This document shows, one piece after another, positions 40,610-50,682 of a DNA stretch of 55,292 bases. The position numbers and the translations under genes were made by a program. The notes beneath the pieces were generated by a model. That model did not search any database. It worked only from the letters and a program-made list of their open reading frames with translations, and was not told where the DNA came from. Numbering within the stretch: the stretch's first letter is position 1; every line of letters starts with the position of its first letter. The stretch is from Moraxellaceae bacterium (GTDB lineage: Bacteria; Pseudomonadota; Gammaproteobacteria; Pseudomonadales; Moraxellaceae), in NCBI GenBank assembly GCA_035706925.1, contig DASSUO010000099.1:1-55292 (forward strand), written 5' to 3'.

Positions 40610-41002
40610 ATGGCAGAACGATACCGACTGGTTTACCGAGGAAAGCTCCTGCCCGGCATGAGTCCTCCGCTCGTGGCCGCAAATCTCTCGAACATGTTCG
40701 GCATTGCCCCTGAGCAGGCGACAGAGCTCGTTTCCACGTTCCCCGGCGTCGTCCGCACCGACCTCGATGTTGATCAGGGCAACCGCTTTCAGGCGGCCCT
40801 GGCCAATGCCGGTCTCATTACTCATCTGGAGCCGGCCTATGATGCGTCCGGTGAGTCGCTACCCCTGACCTGGGACGGCGTGGAGCGCCGCGCGGGCGGA
40901 GACCGCCGCTCGGGCCTTGAGCGGCGCGCCCTGAAGCGGGAGACGTCCATGCGCCCCGACCGGCGACAAGGACGGGGCCGTCGCAAGTCCGACAAGGACT
41001 GA
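40610..41002 (+). CDS. hypothetical small protein with an Arg-rich C-terminal tail
   Basis: 130 aa from ATG 40610. The N-terminal ~75 aa is a compact domain (YRLVYRGKLLPG...FGIAPEQATELV...FQAALANAGLITHLE). The C-terminal tail is rich in DRR/RR. I recognise no family with certainty. Confidence 0.45.
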   Translation: MAERYRLVYRGKLLPGMSPPLVAANLSNMFGIAPEQATELVSTFPGVVRTDLDVDQGNRFQAALANAGLITHLEPAYDASGESLPLTWDGVERRAGGDRRSGLERRALKRETSMRPDRRQGRGRRKSDKD

Positions 41003-41137
41003 CCGGCGTCGCCACTCCCATGCCCCCGCAGGGCGTCACCGGGTCCAGATGGCGTCCTGACTGCTTCGCATCAACCCGCTGCCGGGGCGGAGCGCTATCA
41101 TGAGGGCAAGATTCCTGCCCTGCCTGGATGCCCGTGC

Positions 41138-42958
41138 ATGGACCCGCAACCCCGTTTCCACCTGTGGTACTTCGCTTTTGCCGCCCTTGCCATCCTCCTG
41201 TTCCAGGACTGGTGGCAGGAACGCTACGGCATGGCGGTGATTCCCTACAGCGAATTCGAGCAGCGCCTCGATCATGGCGGCATTGCGGAAATCGACATTG
41301 CCCAGGACGCGATCTACGGCACATTCGTGCAGCCCGTGAACGGGAAGTCCACGTTCATGACGGTTCGCGTCGACCCGGTGCTGGCCGACAAGCTTCAGGG
41401 ACATAACGTGCGCTTCGCCGGCGTGCGCGAAAGCACCTTTCTGCGCGACGTCCTGTCCTGGGTCATTCCTGCCCTGGTGTTTTTTGCCCTGTGGTCGTTC
41501 CTGTTGCGACGCATGGGTGAAAAGGGCGGCCTCGGCGGCCTGACGACGATCGGAAAGAGTCGCGCGAAGGTGTACGTCGAGACGGACACCAAGGTGACCT
41601 TTCGCGATGTGGCGGGAGTGGACGAAGCCGAGGCCGAGCTTCAGGAAATCGTGGAATTCCTCAAGGCACCACAGATCTACGGTCGACTGGGGGCGCGCAT
41701 TCCCAAGGGTGTCTTGCTGGTGGGCCCGCCGGGCACGGGCAAGACGCTGCTGGCGCGTGCCGTGGCGGGCGAGGCCGGCGTGCCCTTCTACTCCATCAAT
41801 GGCTCCGAGTTCGTGGAGATGTTCGTGGGCGTGGGTGCCGCCCGCGTGCGCGATCTCTTCGAGCAGGCGCGCGAGCATGCGCCGGCCATCATCTTCATCG
41901 ACGAGCTTGATGCGCTGGGCCGGGCCCGCGGAGCGTTTCCCGGCATCGGCGGGCATGACGAGCGTGAGCAGACGCTGAACCAGCTGTTGTCCGAGCTTGA
42001 TGGTTTCGATACGCGCGCGGGACTTGTGTTGCTGGCCGCGACCAACCGGCCGGAGATTCTGGATCCGGCCCTGCTGCGCGCCGGCCGCTTTGACCGGCAG
42101 ATCCTGGTGGACCGACCCGACCGCAAGGGACGTGTCGATATCCTCCGCGTCGACCTCACAAAGATCCACGTGGCCACCGATGTTGATATCGAGCAGGTGG
42201 CGGCACTCACCACCGGCTTTACCGGCGCGGATCTCGCCAATCTGGTGAACGAGGCGGCTACGGTCGCCACGCGGCGAAAAGGCGAGCAGGTGACGCTCGC
42301 GGATTTCACCGTGGCCATTGAGCGCATCACCGCAGGACTGGAAAAGAAGAACCGCTTGCTCAATCCGCATGAACGCAAGGTGGTGGCTTATCACGAGATG
42401 GGCCATGCACTGGTGGCGCTTTCATTGCCCGGCGCTGACGTGGCCGTGCACAAGGTGTCGATCATTCCGCGCGGCATAGGGGCGCTGGGGTACACGATCC
42501 AGCGACCCACCGAGGACCGCTATCTGATGAGTCGCGAAGAACTGGAAGACAAGATTGCCGTGCTGCTGGGCGGTCGCGCGGCCGAAGTTCTTGTGTTCGG
42601 TGCGTTGTCGACCGGTGCGGCGGATGATCTTGCCAAGGCGACGGACATCGCGCGCGCGATGGTGATGCGCTACGGCATGGATGAAGGCATGGGCTGCGTG
42701 ATTCATGACAAGGAGCGGGGCAGTTTCCTTGGGCAGGAGGAATTTTTCCCGACAGCGCGCCCCTACAGCGAGGCGACGGCGCAGGCCATCGACGCGGCGG
42801 TGCGCGGCATCATGCAGAAGGTGTTCGATCGCACCGTCGCGCTGTTGCGCGAGCGCCGATCGGTGCTGGAGGCCGGAGCAGGGCGCCTGCTGGAAATCGA
42901 AACGCTGGACGAGGCGGCGCTGCAGGACCTCATGAAGGGAATGGCGCCAGCGCCGTGA
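41138..42958 (+). CDS. FtsH-family ATP-dependent zinc metalloprotease (paralog)
   Basis: Two TM helices flank a ~90-aa periplasmic segment. Walker A GPPGTGKT, Walker B IIFIDELD, second region of homology [20 protein letters not shown], and zinc site HEMGHAL. Not in the usual ftsJ-ftsH-folP context. Confidence 0.88.
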   Translation: MDPQPRFHLWYFAFAALAILLFQDWWQERYGMAVIPYSEFEQRLDHGGIAEIDIAQDAIYGTFVQPVNGKSTFMTVRVDPVLADKLQGHNVRFAGVRESTFLRDVLSWVIPALVFFALWSFLLRRMGEKGGLGGLTTIGKSRAKVYVETDTKVTFRDVAGVDEAEAELQEIVEFLKAPQIYGRLGARIPKGVLLVGPPGTGKTLLARAVAGEAGVPFYSINGSEFVEMFVGVGAARVRDLFEQAREHAPAIIFIDELDALGRARGAFPGIGGHDEREQTLNQLLSELDGFDTRAGLVLLAATNRPEILDPALLRAGRFDRQILVDRPDRKGRVDILRVDLTKIHVATDVDIEQVAALTTGFTGADLANLVNEAATVATRRKGEQVTLADFTVAIERITAGLEKKNRLLNPHERKVVAYHEMGHALVALSLPGADVAVHKVSIIPRGIGALGYTIQRPTEDRYLMSREELEDKIAVLLGGRAAEVLVFGALSTGAADDLAKATDIARAMVMRYGMDEGMGCVIHDKERGSFLGQEEFFPTARPYSEATAQAIDAAVRGIMQKVFDRTVALLRERRSVLEAGAGRLLEIETLDEAALQDLMKGMAPAP

Positions 42959-42992
42959 CGGGCGCTTTTGCGGAGCGGAAGTGAGGTCGCAT

Positions 42993-43751
42993 TTACAGCG
43001 CGGGAGACGGCGGAGGAGGGACATGGCCTGCCGGCGACAGGAGCTCGTCGACCAGGGCGGGTACGACGACCGAAGCGGGCCCGTAGCGGTGCTCATGGAA
43101 GGAGGTCTGCGTCAGTGACGGCTCCAGATTGAGTTCGATGGTATGCGCCCCGGCGTGGCGCGCGCTCGCCACGAATCCCGCGGCCGGGTAGACGTTGCCG
43201 GAGGTGCCGATGCTGAGGAACAGGGTGCAGCGCGACAGGGCCTGCTCTATTTCGTCCAGGTGATAGGGCATCTCGCCAAACCACACGATGTCCGGACGCA
43301 ACGTCCCGGTCTCGCCACAACACGCGCAGCGCATTGAGGGCGTAATGTCATCCTCGATGCGAAAGCGCTTGCCGGTCCGGGTGCAGAACATGGAAAAGAG
43401 CTCGCCGTGCATGTGCAGCAAGCGCCGGCTGCCCGCCCGCTCGTGAAGATCGTCCACGTTCTGCGTCACGATCAGGACCTCGCCGCCATACGCCTGTTCC
43501 AGCCGTGCCAGCGCCACATGAGCGGCGTTGGGGCGTATGCCTGCCTCGCGCAGACGGGCACGACGAGCGTTGTAAAATCGCTGCACGAGGGCGGGATCAC
43601 GCGCGAAGCCCTCGGGCGTGGCCACGTCCTCGATGCGGTGTTCTTCCCAGAGGCCGTCGCTGGCGCGGAAGGTACGGATGCCGCTTTCTGCAGAGATGCC
43701 GGCACCGGTCAGGACGACGATGCGATGAGGAGGACGTCGCGGTGGGGACAT
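42993..43751 (-). CDS. cobB: NAD-dependent protein deacylase (Sir2/CobB)
   Basis: [43 protein letters not shown]...[10 protein letters not shown] and [11 protein letters not shown]. The start could be ATG 43751 or ATG 43799. Confidence 0.88.
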   Translation of the reverse strand: MSPPRRPPHRIVVLTGAGISAESGIRTFRASDGLWEEHRIEDVATPEGFARDPALVQRFYNARRARLREAGIRPNAAHVALARLEQAYGGEVLIVTQNVDDLHERAGSRRLLHMHGELFSMFCTRTGKRFRIEDDITPSMRCACCGETGTLRPDIVWFGEMPYHLDEIEQALSRCTLFLSIGTSGNVYPAAGFVASARHAGAHTIELNLEPSLTQTSFHEHRYGPASVVVPALVDELLSPAGHVPPPPSPAL

Positions 43752-43836
43752 TCGGGGCTCCTGCTGCCGGTCCCGGCACGGCGGCACCGGGTCTGCCATG
43801 TTATAACCCCCTCAAAATGCCTGTCACGGAGCATCC

Positions 43837-44823
43837 ATGCCGCACTCCTCTCCGGCCCTCGACATCGCCGCCGTCCAGCGCGACCTGCGGCGACTGGATC
43901 TCGATGTCTACGCGCCCCTGACGGGGGTGCTGGCGGACTACGTACGCTTCTACCATCTCGACCTCGAGTCTGAATTCCCGGGTCTCCGGCAATTTCTTGG
44001 CTGGGTGGATGCCTACGGCTATCGCGTGGTGGCGCATGTGTTCCTGCCGGCAGATGCGCGGGGGAGCGTGTTCATCCTTCATGGCTATCTGGATCATTCC
44101 GGTCTCTATCGCCACATCATCCGCGACTGCCTGACACGCGGTTTCGCCGTGTTCATCTTTGACCTGCCCGGACACGGTCTGTCCAGCGGCAAGCGCATTG
44201 ATATCGCCGACTTCGCGCATTACCAGGAGGTGCTGGCGGAGATACTCGCGGCGCACGGCCCGGCCTTGCCGCAGCCATTCTATGGTGTCGGGCAAAGTAC
44301 TGGTGCGGCCATCCTGATGGATCACGTGCTCACTCGCTGTGCCAACCGGCAGGCGCCTGCCTTCGCCTGTGTCCTGCTCCTCGCTCCGCTGGTTCGCCCG
44401 GCGCAGTGGCTGAAGATCCGGTTGGGCTGGTGGCTGGTCCACCATTTCCAGAAGGGGGTGCCGCGCATTTTCCGCCGCAACACCAGCGACGACGCCTTCC
44501 TTCGCTTTGTGGCCGAGACGGACCCGCTGCAGGATGACCTGGTCCCCATGGGCTGGATCGGTGCACTGAAGCAGTGGGTGGCGCGCATTCACGACCTGCC
44601 TGCCTGCGACCACCCCGTGCTGCTGGTGCAGGGGGGGCGCGACGAAACAGTGGAGTGGCGCTACAACAACGAATTCGTTCGCTCGCGATTCCGTGTCGAG
44701 CATGAACATTTCGAGCCGGAGGCATCGCACCAGCTGGCCAATGAGCGCGATGACCTGCGCGAACCCGTGCATGCCGCGCTGGCAAAAATGCTGGAGAGCA
44801 AGGGCGGCCGCACCGGAATGTGA
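43837..44823 (+). CDS. alpha/beta hydrolase (lysophospholipase/monoglyceride-lipase-like)
   Basis: ILHGYLDHSGLY (oxyanion region), nucleophile elbow GQSTGAA, and a C-terminal Asp/His region (GGRDETV ... SHQL). Confidence 0.7.
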   Translation: MPHSSPALDIAAVQRDLRRLDLDVYAPLTGVLADYVRFYHLDLESEFPGLRQFLGWVDAYGYRVVAHVFLPADARGSVFILHGYLDHSGLYRHIIRDCLTRGFAVFIFDLPGHGLSSGKRIDIADFAHYQEVLAEILAAHGPALPQPFYGVGQSTGAAILMDHVLTRCANRQAPAFACVLLLAPLVRPAQWLKIRLGWWLVHHFQKGVPRIFRRNTSDDAFLRFVAETDPLQDDLVPMGWIGALKQWVARIHDLPACDHPVLLVQGGRDETVEWRYNNEFVRSRFRVEHEHFEPEASHQLANERDDLREPVHAALAKMLESKGGRTGM

Positions 44824-44966
44824 CAGACCGGTTGCGGCATGGCCGGGCGGCCGGAATTCGTGACCGGGCTCCTGTCAGAAACACTGGTCCGGGGCAGGGT
44901 GCCGGTGGCATAGTCGTCGGGTTTGCCGGGCCCGGTGGCCCCGGTGATTGCTGACAGGAAGCTCGC

Positions 44967-47150
44967 ATGACCACATTGCCCCATCGCTGGCGCTTTTTCC
45001 GCGCCGGTGGCTTCGACCAGGTCCAGATCGATACCCCCGCCGACCTCGCCAATCTCAAGCACCTTGACCAGAAGCTCTGGGCGGCGCTGGCCTGCCCGGT
45101 CGCCGATCTCGAATTCGACAAGCGCACGCTCGAATACCTCGATCTCGATCATGACGGTCGCATTCGTGCGCCGGAGCTCCTGGCCGCCATCGACTGGACG
45201 CTGTCGCGTCTTCGCGACCCCGGCGTGCTGTTCCGCGCGGAGCCGTTGCCGCTGTCGGCATTGGGCGAGGACGAAGCCGGCAAGCTGCTGGCGGCCGCGT
45301 CACGGCACCTCCTGTCCATCGTCGGTCGCGCCGGGGACGACAAGGTGTCGGTGGCCGACACGGACGATCTGAAACGCCTCTTTCCGGCCAACGAGGCCAA
45401 CGGCGACGGTCTGGTGCCGGCGACGTTCACCGATGACGAATCGCTGAAAGCCGTGATTGCGGATGTGATCGCCGTTCTTGGTGCCGAGACCGACCGCAGT
45501 GGCGAGCCGGCCGTGTCCGAAGACAAGATCAAGGAATTTTTCACGCAGGCCGAGACGGTGCGTGCGTGGAAGGCCCGTGGCGCCGAGACCGCGCTGCAGC
45601 CCTTCGGCGACGCAACCGCGGCCGCGCTGGACGCCGTTGCCGCATTGCGGGAAAAAATCGACGACTATTTCCACCGCGTGGCGCTGGCCGCCTTCGACGC
45701 GCGGGCCGGTGCGCTCATGAACGGCGAGGAAGCCGAGCTGGTGAAACTCGCCGCCCGCAATCTGGCGAATGTGGAGGAAACCGCTGGCCTGCCGCTGGCG
45801 GATATCGGTCACGGCGAATCACTGCCGCTGGCGCGGGGACTCAATCCTGCCTGGGCGGCTGCCGTTGCCACCTTCCGCGAGACGGTGGTGGTTCCGCTGC
45901 TGGGCGCGCGTGAATCGCTTTCGCCTGAGGACTGGCGTCTGATCAAGGAAAAGTGTGCGCCCTGCGTCGCCTGGCAGGCCGAAAAGCCGGCACTCGCCAT
46001 TCTCGGCCCGATTGCCGAGGACCGTATCGAGTGGCTGGCCGGCAGTGATGCGCAGGAGCGACTGCTGGCGCTGGTGGCGGCGGATCGCGCGGTCAGTGGC
46101 GAAGCAGACAGTCTGCTGGACCTCGACAAGCTGTTGCGCATGCAGCAGTACCTCGTGCCACTGCTCAACAACTTCATCGCCCTGCGTGATTTCTATGCGC
46201 GGCGCGACAAGGCCGTGTTCCAGGCCGGCACCCTCTACATCGATGGCAAGAGCTGCGACCTCGTCGTGCGAATTGGCAAGATCGACGATCACGCCCGCCT
46301 GGCAAGTCCGAGTGGCAGCTTCCTGTTGTATTGCGAATGCGTGCGACGCACGCCTGATGCCACGGGCACGCGCGAGCGCATGAATATCGTGGCCGCCGTC
46401 ACGGCAGGCGACGAAGGCAACCTGATGGTGGGTCGTAACGGGGTGTTTTACGACCGGCAGGGCCGTGACTGGGATGCGCAGGTCATGAAGATGGTGCAGA
46501 ACGCCATCAGCGTGCGCGAGGCGTTCTGGCTGCCCTACCGCCGCATCGGCCGCATGATCTCGGAGCAGGTCCAGAAGTTTGCGGCGAGTCGCGACCAGGC
46601 CGTGACCGCACACGCCGGGGATCTGGTGAGCAAGGGCGCCGAAAGCACGAGCTCCACCCTCACCGCGCCGCCACCGGCGGCACCGGCCGCGGCAGCCGCC
46701 GCACCGGCCAAGGCGCCATTCGATATTGCCCGTTTCGCCGGTATCTTCGCTGCCATCGGCCTCGCATTGGGCGCAATCGGCACTGCCTTCGCGGCAGTGG
46801 TCGGCAGCTTCCTTGCCCTCAAGTGGTGGCAGATGCCGCTGGCACTGGTGGGGACAATGCTCCTGCTCTCCGGGCCGGCAATGCTGCTCGCGTGGTTCAA
46901 GCTGCGTCGCCGCAATCTGGCACCGATCCTCGATGCGAATGGTTGGGCCGTGAACACCCAGGCCCGCCTGTCCATCGGCTTTGGCACAGAGCTCACGCGT
47001 ATCGCAGCGTTGCCGGAAGGCGCAGAGCGCTCCCTTCGCGATCCTTATGCGCCGAAGGCGCCGCTGTGGCCCTGGTTGCTGATCGTCGCCGTATTGCTGG
47101 CGGGCTGGTGGGCGTTCCTCCATGGCTGGCTGTCGCTCGGCAAGCACTGA
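44967..47150 (+). CDS. uncharacterised 727-aa protein with an N-terminal EF-hand loop and a C-terminal multi-TM anchor
   Basis: Long ORF with no competing real gene. It has a canonical EF-hand loop DLDHDGRIRAPE (45141-45176), no signal peptide, an Ala/Pro linker, and three hydrophobic helices from ~46734. A strong terminator follows. Confidence 0.7.
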   Translation: MTTLPHRWRFFRAGGFDQVQIDTPADLANLKHLDQKLWAALACPVADLEFDKRTLEYLDLDHDGRIRAPELLAAIDWTLSRLRDPGVLFRAEPLPLSALGEDEAGKLLAAASRHLLSIVGRAGDDKVSVADTDDLKRLFPANEANGDGLVPATFTDDESLKAVIADVIAVLGAETDRSGEPAVSEDKIKEFFTQAETVRAWKARGAETALQPFGDATAAALDAVAALREKIDDYFHRVALAAFDARAGALMNGEEAELVKLAARNLANVEETAGLPLADIGHGESLPLARGLNPAWAAAVATFRETVVVPLLGARESLSPEDWRLIKEKCAPCVAWQAEKPALAILGPIAEDRIEWLAGSDAQERLLALVAADRAVSGEADSLLDLDKLLRMQQYLVPLLNNFIALRDFYARRDKAVFQAGTLYIDGKSCDLVVRIGKIDDHARLASPSGSFLLYCECVRRTPDATGTRERMNIVAAVTAGDEGNLMVGRNGVFYDRQGRDWDAQVMKMVQNAISVREAFWLPYRRIGRMISEQVQKFAASRDQAVTAHAGDLVSKGAESTSSTLTAPPPAAPAAAAAAPAKAPFDIARFAGIFAAIGLALGAIGTAFAAVVGSFLALKWWQMPLALVGTMLLLSGPAMLLAWFKLRRRNLAPILDANGWAVNTQARLSIGFGTELTRIAALPEGAERSLRDPYAPKAPLWPWLLIVAVLLAGWWAFLHGWLSLGKH

Positions 47151-47163
47151 CGCTTTCGCCATG

Positions 47164-47200
47164 AAAAAAAGGGCAGGTCATCGACCTGCCCTTTTCTTTT
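47164..47200. terminator. bidirectional Rho-independent terminator
   Basis: AAAAAAAGGGCAGGTC-ATC-GACCTGCCCTTTTCTTTT forms a 9-bp stem between the convergent 727-aa gene and the lpoB-like gene. Confidence 0.85.
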
Positions 47201-47245
47201 GCGGTGCGCACCCACCCGGGGCGCTCATGCCGCCACGCTTCGTCG

Positions 47246-47848
47246 TCAACCGCCGATAAAGCTCTTCTTCCGGGTCTTGCGGATTTCCTTCTCGGACTGG
47301 AATTCCACGAGGCCGGTCTCAAGGTTGGTGAGCTTGAGCGTGAACTTGTAGTAGACGTCGCGCGTGGAGCCCGCCGATTTCACGATGGACGAGAAGTTGC
47401 CGTAGAGCATGTACTGCGCGCCCACCTGGCGACCCATCTTCACGGACTTGGCTTCGTCGACCATGCCGCTGTTGGCCTGGTAGTCCAGTTCGCGGGCAAT
47501 GGCGTCGACCTTGGTACGATCCACGAAACGGAACCGGCCCGAGTTCAGCAGCTTGGTGCTGATGGTGTCGGTAATGGATTCGGTATCGATGTGCTCCAGC
47601 GTCTTGTTCTTGATGGTATCGACGAACAGGATGGGGCGCTTGCCACTCGGGGCGATATCGGCCATGGCAGGGGCGGCGAGCAGGTCATCGACCATCTTCT
47701 CGGCAATCATCTGCAGGTCGGTTGAGCCGAAATCGGTGTTGACGGTCTCGACAGCGGTGGCATCGCCATATTGCACCTGATTGGCGCAGCCGGACAGGCC
47801 AAGGGCGGCGGCCGCAAGCAGCGGCAGGGCGATCAGGGAACGATTCAT
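47246..47848 (-). CDS. LpoB-family lipoprotein (penicillin-binding protein activator LpoB/YcfM-like)
   Basis: Lipobox LGLSGC, then FGSTDLQMIAEKMVDDLL, PILFVDTIKNKTLEHIDTESITDTISTKLLNSGRFRFVDR and MGRQVGAQYMLYGNFSSI, the pattern typical of the LpoB family. Confidence 0.7.
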   Translation of the reverse strand: MNRSLIALPLLAAAALGLSGCANQVQYGDATAVETVNTDFGSTDLQMIAEKMVDDLLAAPAMADIAPSGKRPILFVDTIKNKTLEHIDTESITDTISTKLLNSGRFRFVDRTKVDAIARELDYQANSGMVDEAKSVKMGRQVGAQYMLYGNFSSIVKSAGSTRDVYYKFTLKLTNLETGLVEFQSEKEIRKTRKKSFIGG

Positions 47849-48237
47849 TACGGGGTCACTCCTTTCGGGGCACGGATCTGGATCTGGAAGCGGCGGGCCT
47901 TGTCGTTCGGGCCGGTGCCGGAAATGGTCATCTCGTCACGACCGGGAATGGTAGCGGAATGCCAGGGCCGTTCGTTGTCGTCGACGGGCATGTCGTTCTT
48001 GTCGAACCACACGAATTTGTATTCGAACTTCTGGGTGGTACCGGCGTCATTGGCGAGGATGACCTTGGCTTGCGGAAGGCCGCCTTCGGCCAGGTCGACC
48101 GTGGAGCGTTTCACTTCGATGACGCCCTTCATTTCGCCGCCACGGTAATTGACGAGCTTGTCGGATGAGGGGCCCGTCGCGCAGGCGGCGAGCAGCAGCG
48201 TTCCGCCCAGCAGGCTGATGAGGGACAGGCGTTTCAT
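47848..48237 (-). CDS. YcfL-like lipoprotein (DUF1425)
   Basis: Lipobox LLLAAC. About 110-aa beta-rich domain with FEYKFVWFDKNDMPV...W...IPGRDEMTISG...FQIQIR as in YcfL. Its TAA stop overlaps the ATG of the downstream lpoB-like gene (TAATG). Confidence 0.65.
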   Translation of the reverse strand: MKRLSLISLLGGTLLLAACATGPSSDKLVNYRGGEMKGVIEVKRSTVDLAEGGLPQAKVILANDAGTTQKFEYKFVWFDKNDMPVDDNERPWHSATIPGRDEMTISGTGPNDKARRFQIQIRAPKGVTP

Positions 48238-48371
48238 GTGGTTCTCCTTTTGATGTCCGTTTCCGCGTAGGGCGTCCGGAGGGACGAGGCAGCCCCGCCG
48301 GGCACACCTGTTCTCAACTCGTTCAGCGTTTTTGCGGCCGGCGGGTTGACCGGTCGCACAACCCGTTCGTC

Positions 48372-49748
48372 CTATAGTGCGTAAGTCTGACTGTAGGTCT
48401 TCCCCGGCACGACCACCAGATGCACGAGCGTGGGTCGGCCGGCCTTGATCGCCACATCCTGTGGCGTCATGCCCGGCAACGACATCTGATGAACGCCGGC
48501 GGTCAGCGGAATGCGCACGACCTGGCCGCTTCCCGGCAACGTCAGCCAGGAGCGCAGGTCCGGCTGTTCCGCGACGAGGCTGTAGACGGTGGTGAACAGC
48601 CCGAACAGTCCGGTGCTGTCTGCCTCTCGTGCCTGTCGCTGCACGGTCTGCCGGGTGAGCAGGCGGATGAAAGAGCGTGCCAGCATCGCAGGCACCTCGT
48701 CCTTCAGGCTGCGAACGGCGAGTGCCCGTGTGTCCACCAGCAAGGCGGCCGGCAGCGATTGTCCGTCGACCTGAACCGTCAGCAGGTGGGGGGGTGTTGC
48801 GTCCTTGTAGACCGGGAAGCTCACGTTGTTGACTGTTTTTGACGTCCAGATGGGAATGCTGACGGGTACTTTGGAAGGCACGTAGCCTTCTTCGAGGTAA
48901 ACGACCAGCTCGCCTTCATCCTTGTGCGGTGCGATCTGCACCGGCCCGAGGGCGCGCGCCAGCGTGCGGATTTCGTCGAGCCCGGTTTTCTGTCCGGTCC
49001 GCACCACGTCACGCTGCAGATAGGGGTTGTCGGGGACCAGTTCCAGCGCCTTGCGATAGTCGATGAAGGCATCGTTGACCGCCCCGGTCGCCTCATAAAT
49101 GAGTCCGGACAAATAGAAAGTGGCGGCGTTCTGGAAGCCGCTCTTTACACGACCGGCCGCGACGTCCATGGAGCTGAAATAGCCGTTGTAACGATTGGCG
49201 TCAAAGCCCTTGGACTCGGCCTCCTGTCGGGCACTGTCGACCTGGTTTTCTTTTGCGTGCAGCGCGTCTACCTGCACCTGATTGGCGCGACGGACCTCTA
49301 CCAGCGCGCCCTGCTCATCGCCCGAGGCCAGGTAGTTGAGCGCCTGGTACTGGTGGACGAATACCCGCTCGTACGTCCGGCCATCATAGGGACGGGCATT
49401 GTCATTGGTGAGCAGGCTGGCTCCCGACGCAGCGTAACGCGACGCCGATATCGTGGCGCGATCGTCCTGGGCCTGCAGGCGTGTTATGGCCTGGTCGAAC
49501 GCGTCGCGACTCACGTCGGTCTGGTGGGCCAGCTGCGCTACACGGCCTTTTTCCATGAGGTAGAGCGTGGCATCGGCAGAGGTGGTCTTGTGCCCGATAT
49601 GGGCGATGGCCGCGTCCGGCGACCCGGCGTCCAGGGCCGCGCGGTACTGCGCTGCCTGCCCGGGGTAGGGGGAAAACACGGACGTCGAGGCGCAGCCGCC
49701 GAGGATGGCGGGTACACACAACAAGGCAGCCAGGCGGAAGGGCGACAT
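48372..49748 (-). CDS. TPR-like lipoprotein of unknown function
   Basis: Lipobox ILGGC. Several TPR-like helical pairs (e.g. FYLSGLIYEATGAVNDAFIDYRKALELVPDNPYLQRD), then a ~170-aa C-terminal beta-rich domain. Confidence 0.6.
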   Translation of the reverse strand: MSPFRLAALLCVPAILGGCASTSVFSPYPGQAAQYRAALDAGSPDAAIAHIGHKTTSADATLYLMEKGRVAQLAHQTDVSRDAFDQAITRLQAQDDRATISASRYAASGASLLTNDNARPYDGRTYERVFVHQYQALNYLASGDEQGALVEVRRANQVQVDALHAKENQVDSARQEAESKGFDANRYNGYFSSMDVAAGRVKSGFQNAATFYLSGLIYEATGAVNDAFIDYRKALELVPDNPYLQRDVVRTGQKTGLDEIRTLARALGPVQIAPHKDEGELVVYLEEGYVPSKVPVSIPIWTSKTVNNVSFPVYKDATPPHLLTVQVDGQSLPAALLVDTRALAVRSLKDEVPAMLARSFIRLLTRQTVQRQAREADSTGLFGLFTTVYSLVAEQPDLRSWLTLPGSGQVVRIPLTAGVHQMSLPGMTPQDVAIKAGRPTLVHLVVVPGKTYSQTYAL

Positions 49749-49761
49749 CGGCGGGTCCTTG

Positions 49762-50682
49762 TTACCAGCGGGGGCCAGGGGGGAGGTCGGCAGGCGCCGC
49801 CGCGGGGGCGGGCACCGGTTCGGCGGGGCGCAGCCGCATGCCTTCGTGGATGGAGGAGGCGTTGCCGGTCACCTCCGCTTCACTGTAGCGCGCGTTCACG
49901 GCGGTGACGGTGGCGCGGGCCACCTCGGAATCCGCCGTGCCGATGTCTTCCCCGGTATCGCTGTCGCGCAGGGGGGCGCCCTGCGCGAGAACCGCCAGCG
50001 TGTCGCCGGGCCGCAGGCTGCCGTCGTTGCCACGATTGATGAAGAGGCGGGAGCCCTCGATCCGCGCCACGCGCAGCGGGAAAACGGAATCCATGATGCG
50101 GCCGACCGTGTCCTGGGCGGCACGTTCCACCAGGCGCTTGCCGATGCTGTTGCTGTCACGTGCATCGCGCAGCCGGGCTTCGCTGGCAAACTTTTCGGCG
50201 GCGACGATACGGCCGGTGCGCGCATCGACGATGCGCAGGTACATCTCGATGCGGGCACGTTGCAGCACGTAAGTGCGGGAGCTGTATGGCAGGGACTTTT
50301 CTTCGCTGGATCCGGACAGGTCTTCGATGCGCCCGACCACCAGGTAGTCAGCGCCCAGGAGCTTGGCCAGCCTGGGGGCTTCTTCCGGCGCGGCATAGTC
50401 GCCGTGGGCGAGATCCTTTTCGGCCAGTATGTCGTCGAGCCGTGCGCGCTCCAGCACATCAAACTTGTGCGTCGCCACGAGTTGCTGAATCAGCTCATTG
50501 CTGAGCAGCGGTGTCTGGTCTTCGATCGTGGCAGTGAAGGCATTGTGGCCGTCGCGAACCACGACGTCCTTGTCGATGCTGAAGGGCAGGACGGCGATCG
50601 TGGGCCTGGCCGCCAGGGCCACGGGCGCAAACAGTGAAGCGGCCATGGCGAGGGCGCCGGCCAGGCGCAGGGACAAACGCAT
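49762..50682 (-). CDS. CsgG/LpoB-fold-like periplasmic protein of unknown function
   Basis: Start at ATG 50682 with an AGGAGGAG ribosome-binding site. Signal peptide ending ALA-A. IAVLPF...LSNELIQQLVATHKFDVLERARLDDILAEKDL...LLGADYLVVGRIEDL resembles the CsgG-family core. The C-terminal domain is a small beta domain (RVARIEGSRLFINRGNDGSLRPGDTLAV). Confidence 0.5.
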   Translation of the reverse strand: MRLSLRLAGALAMAASLFAPVALAARPTIAVLPFSIDKDVVVRDGHNAFTATIEDQTPLLSNELIQQLVATHKFDVLERARLDDILAEKDLAHGDYAAPEEAPRLAKLLGADYLVVGRIEDLSGSSEEKSLPYSSRTYVLQRARIEMYLRIVDARTGRIVAAEKFASEARLRDARDSNSIGKRLVERAAQDTVGRIMDSVFPLRVARIEGSRLFINRGNDGSLRPGDTLAVLAQGAPLRDSDTGEDIGTADSEVARATVTAVNARYSEAEVTGNASSIHEGMRLRPAEPVPAPAAAPADLPPGPRW

